DNA of 46,168 nucleotides from a virus: the UHGV virus genome UHGV-0285609; one strand, given 5' to 3'. The notes under the pieces were generated by a model, which saw only the letters and a list, made by a program, of their open reading frames with translations, ran no database searches and was not told the DNA's origin. A program made the translations under genes and the position numbers. Positions 46,074 through 46,168 of the stretch are shown here, piece after piece; position 1 is the first letter of the stretch; every line of letters starts with the position of its first letter.

Positions 46074-46168
46074 ATACCTATTAGAGCTTGTATTTTAAGT
46101 TTCTAGCGTGTTTATATAGTTCAGTAATAAAAGTATAGGGCAAAGGTATAAAGTGTCTTAAATCGTTA

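Noticed and set aside
1-46168. CRISPR array, integrase, or transposase
   Set aside because: No repeat-spacer periodicity anywhere, and no tyrosine- or serine-recombinase or DDE motifs in any ORF.

Overview
The window reads as about 46 kb of a low-GC (roughly one-third G+C) tailed dsDNA phage genome of siphovirus-like layout, with every convincing gene on the + strand. Expression signals look Firmicutes-like (AGGAGG ribosome-binding sites, many near-perfect TTGACA-17-TATAAT promoters). Gene order, left to right, is as follows. (1) An early region of tightly packed small genes: RNase H, a PD-(D/E)xK nuclease candidate, an acidic protein with Rho-N-like helix-extension-helix (HeH) motifs, zinc-ribbon proteins, a ParB-like nuclease-domain protein and two tRNAs (Gln-UUG, Met/CAU). 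(2) Terminase large subunit. (3) An unusual insertion between terminase and portal: an 851-aa protein with a C-terminal SGNH/GDSL hydrolase domain plus a lysis cassette (coiled-coil membrane protein, holin, NlpC/P60 endolysin). (4) Portal, MuF-like minor head protein, scaffold, gpD-like decoration protein, lambda gpE-like major capsid protein, head-tail connectors, major tail protein, chaperone with an apparent +1 frameshift extension, a 1011-aa tape measure with three internal tandem repeats, Dit, Tal and a receptor-binding protein with two InlB B-repeat domains. (5) A cluster of small Q/N-rich and Cys/Gly-rich proteins with a sigma region-4-like HTH protein. (6) A replication-recombination module: DnaG-like primase, T4 gp32-like zinc SSB, a DnaE-type polymerase (PHP domain) split into three exons by two group I introns (the first carries an HNH homing endonuclease and sits exactly before the catalytic DxD codons), a DUF3310-like protein, RecA-like recombinase, Cas4-like Fe-S PD-(D/E)xK exonuclease and RuvC-like resolvase. 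The most interesting signals are the intron-split polymerase, a C-terminal module duplicated between the SSB and an early acidic protein (and HeH motifs in four proteins in total), and the misplaced SGNH-hydrolase/lysis cassette. There is no CRISPR array and no integrase or repressor in this window.
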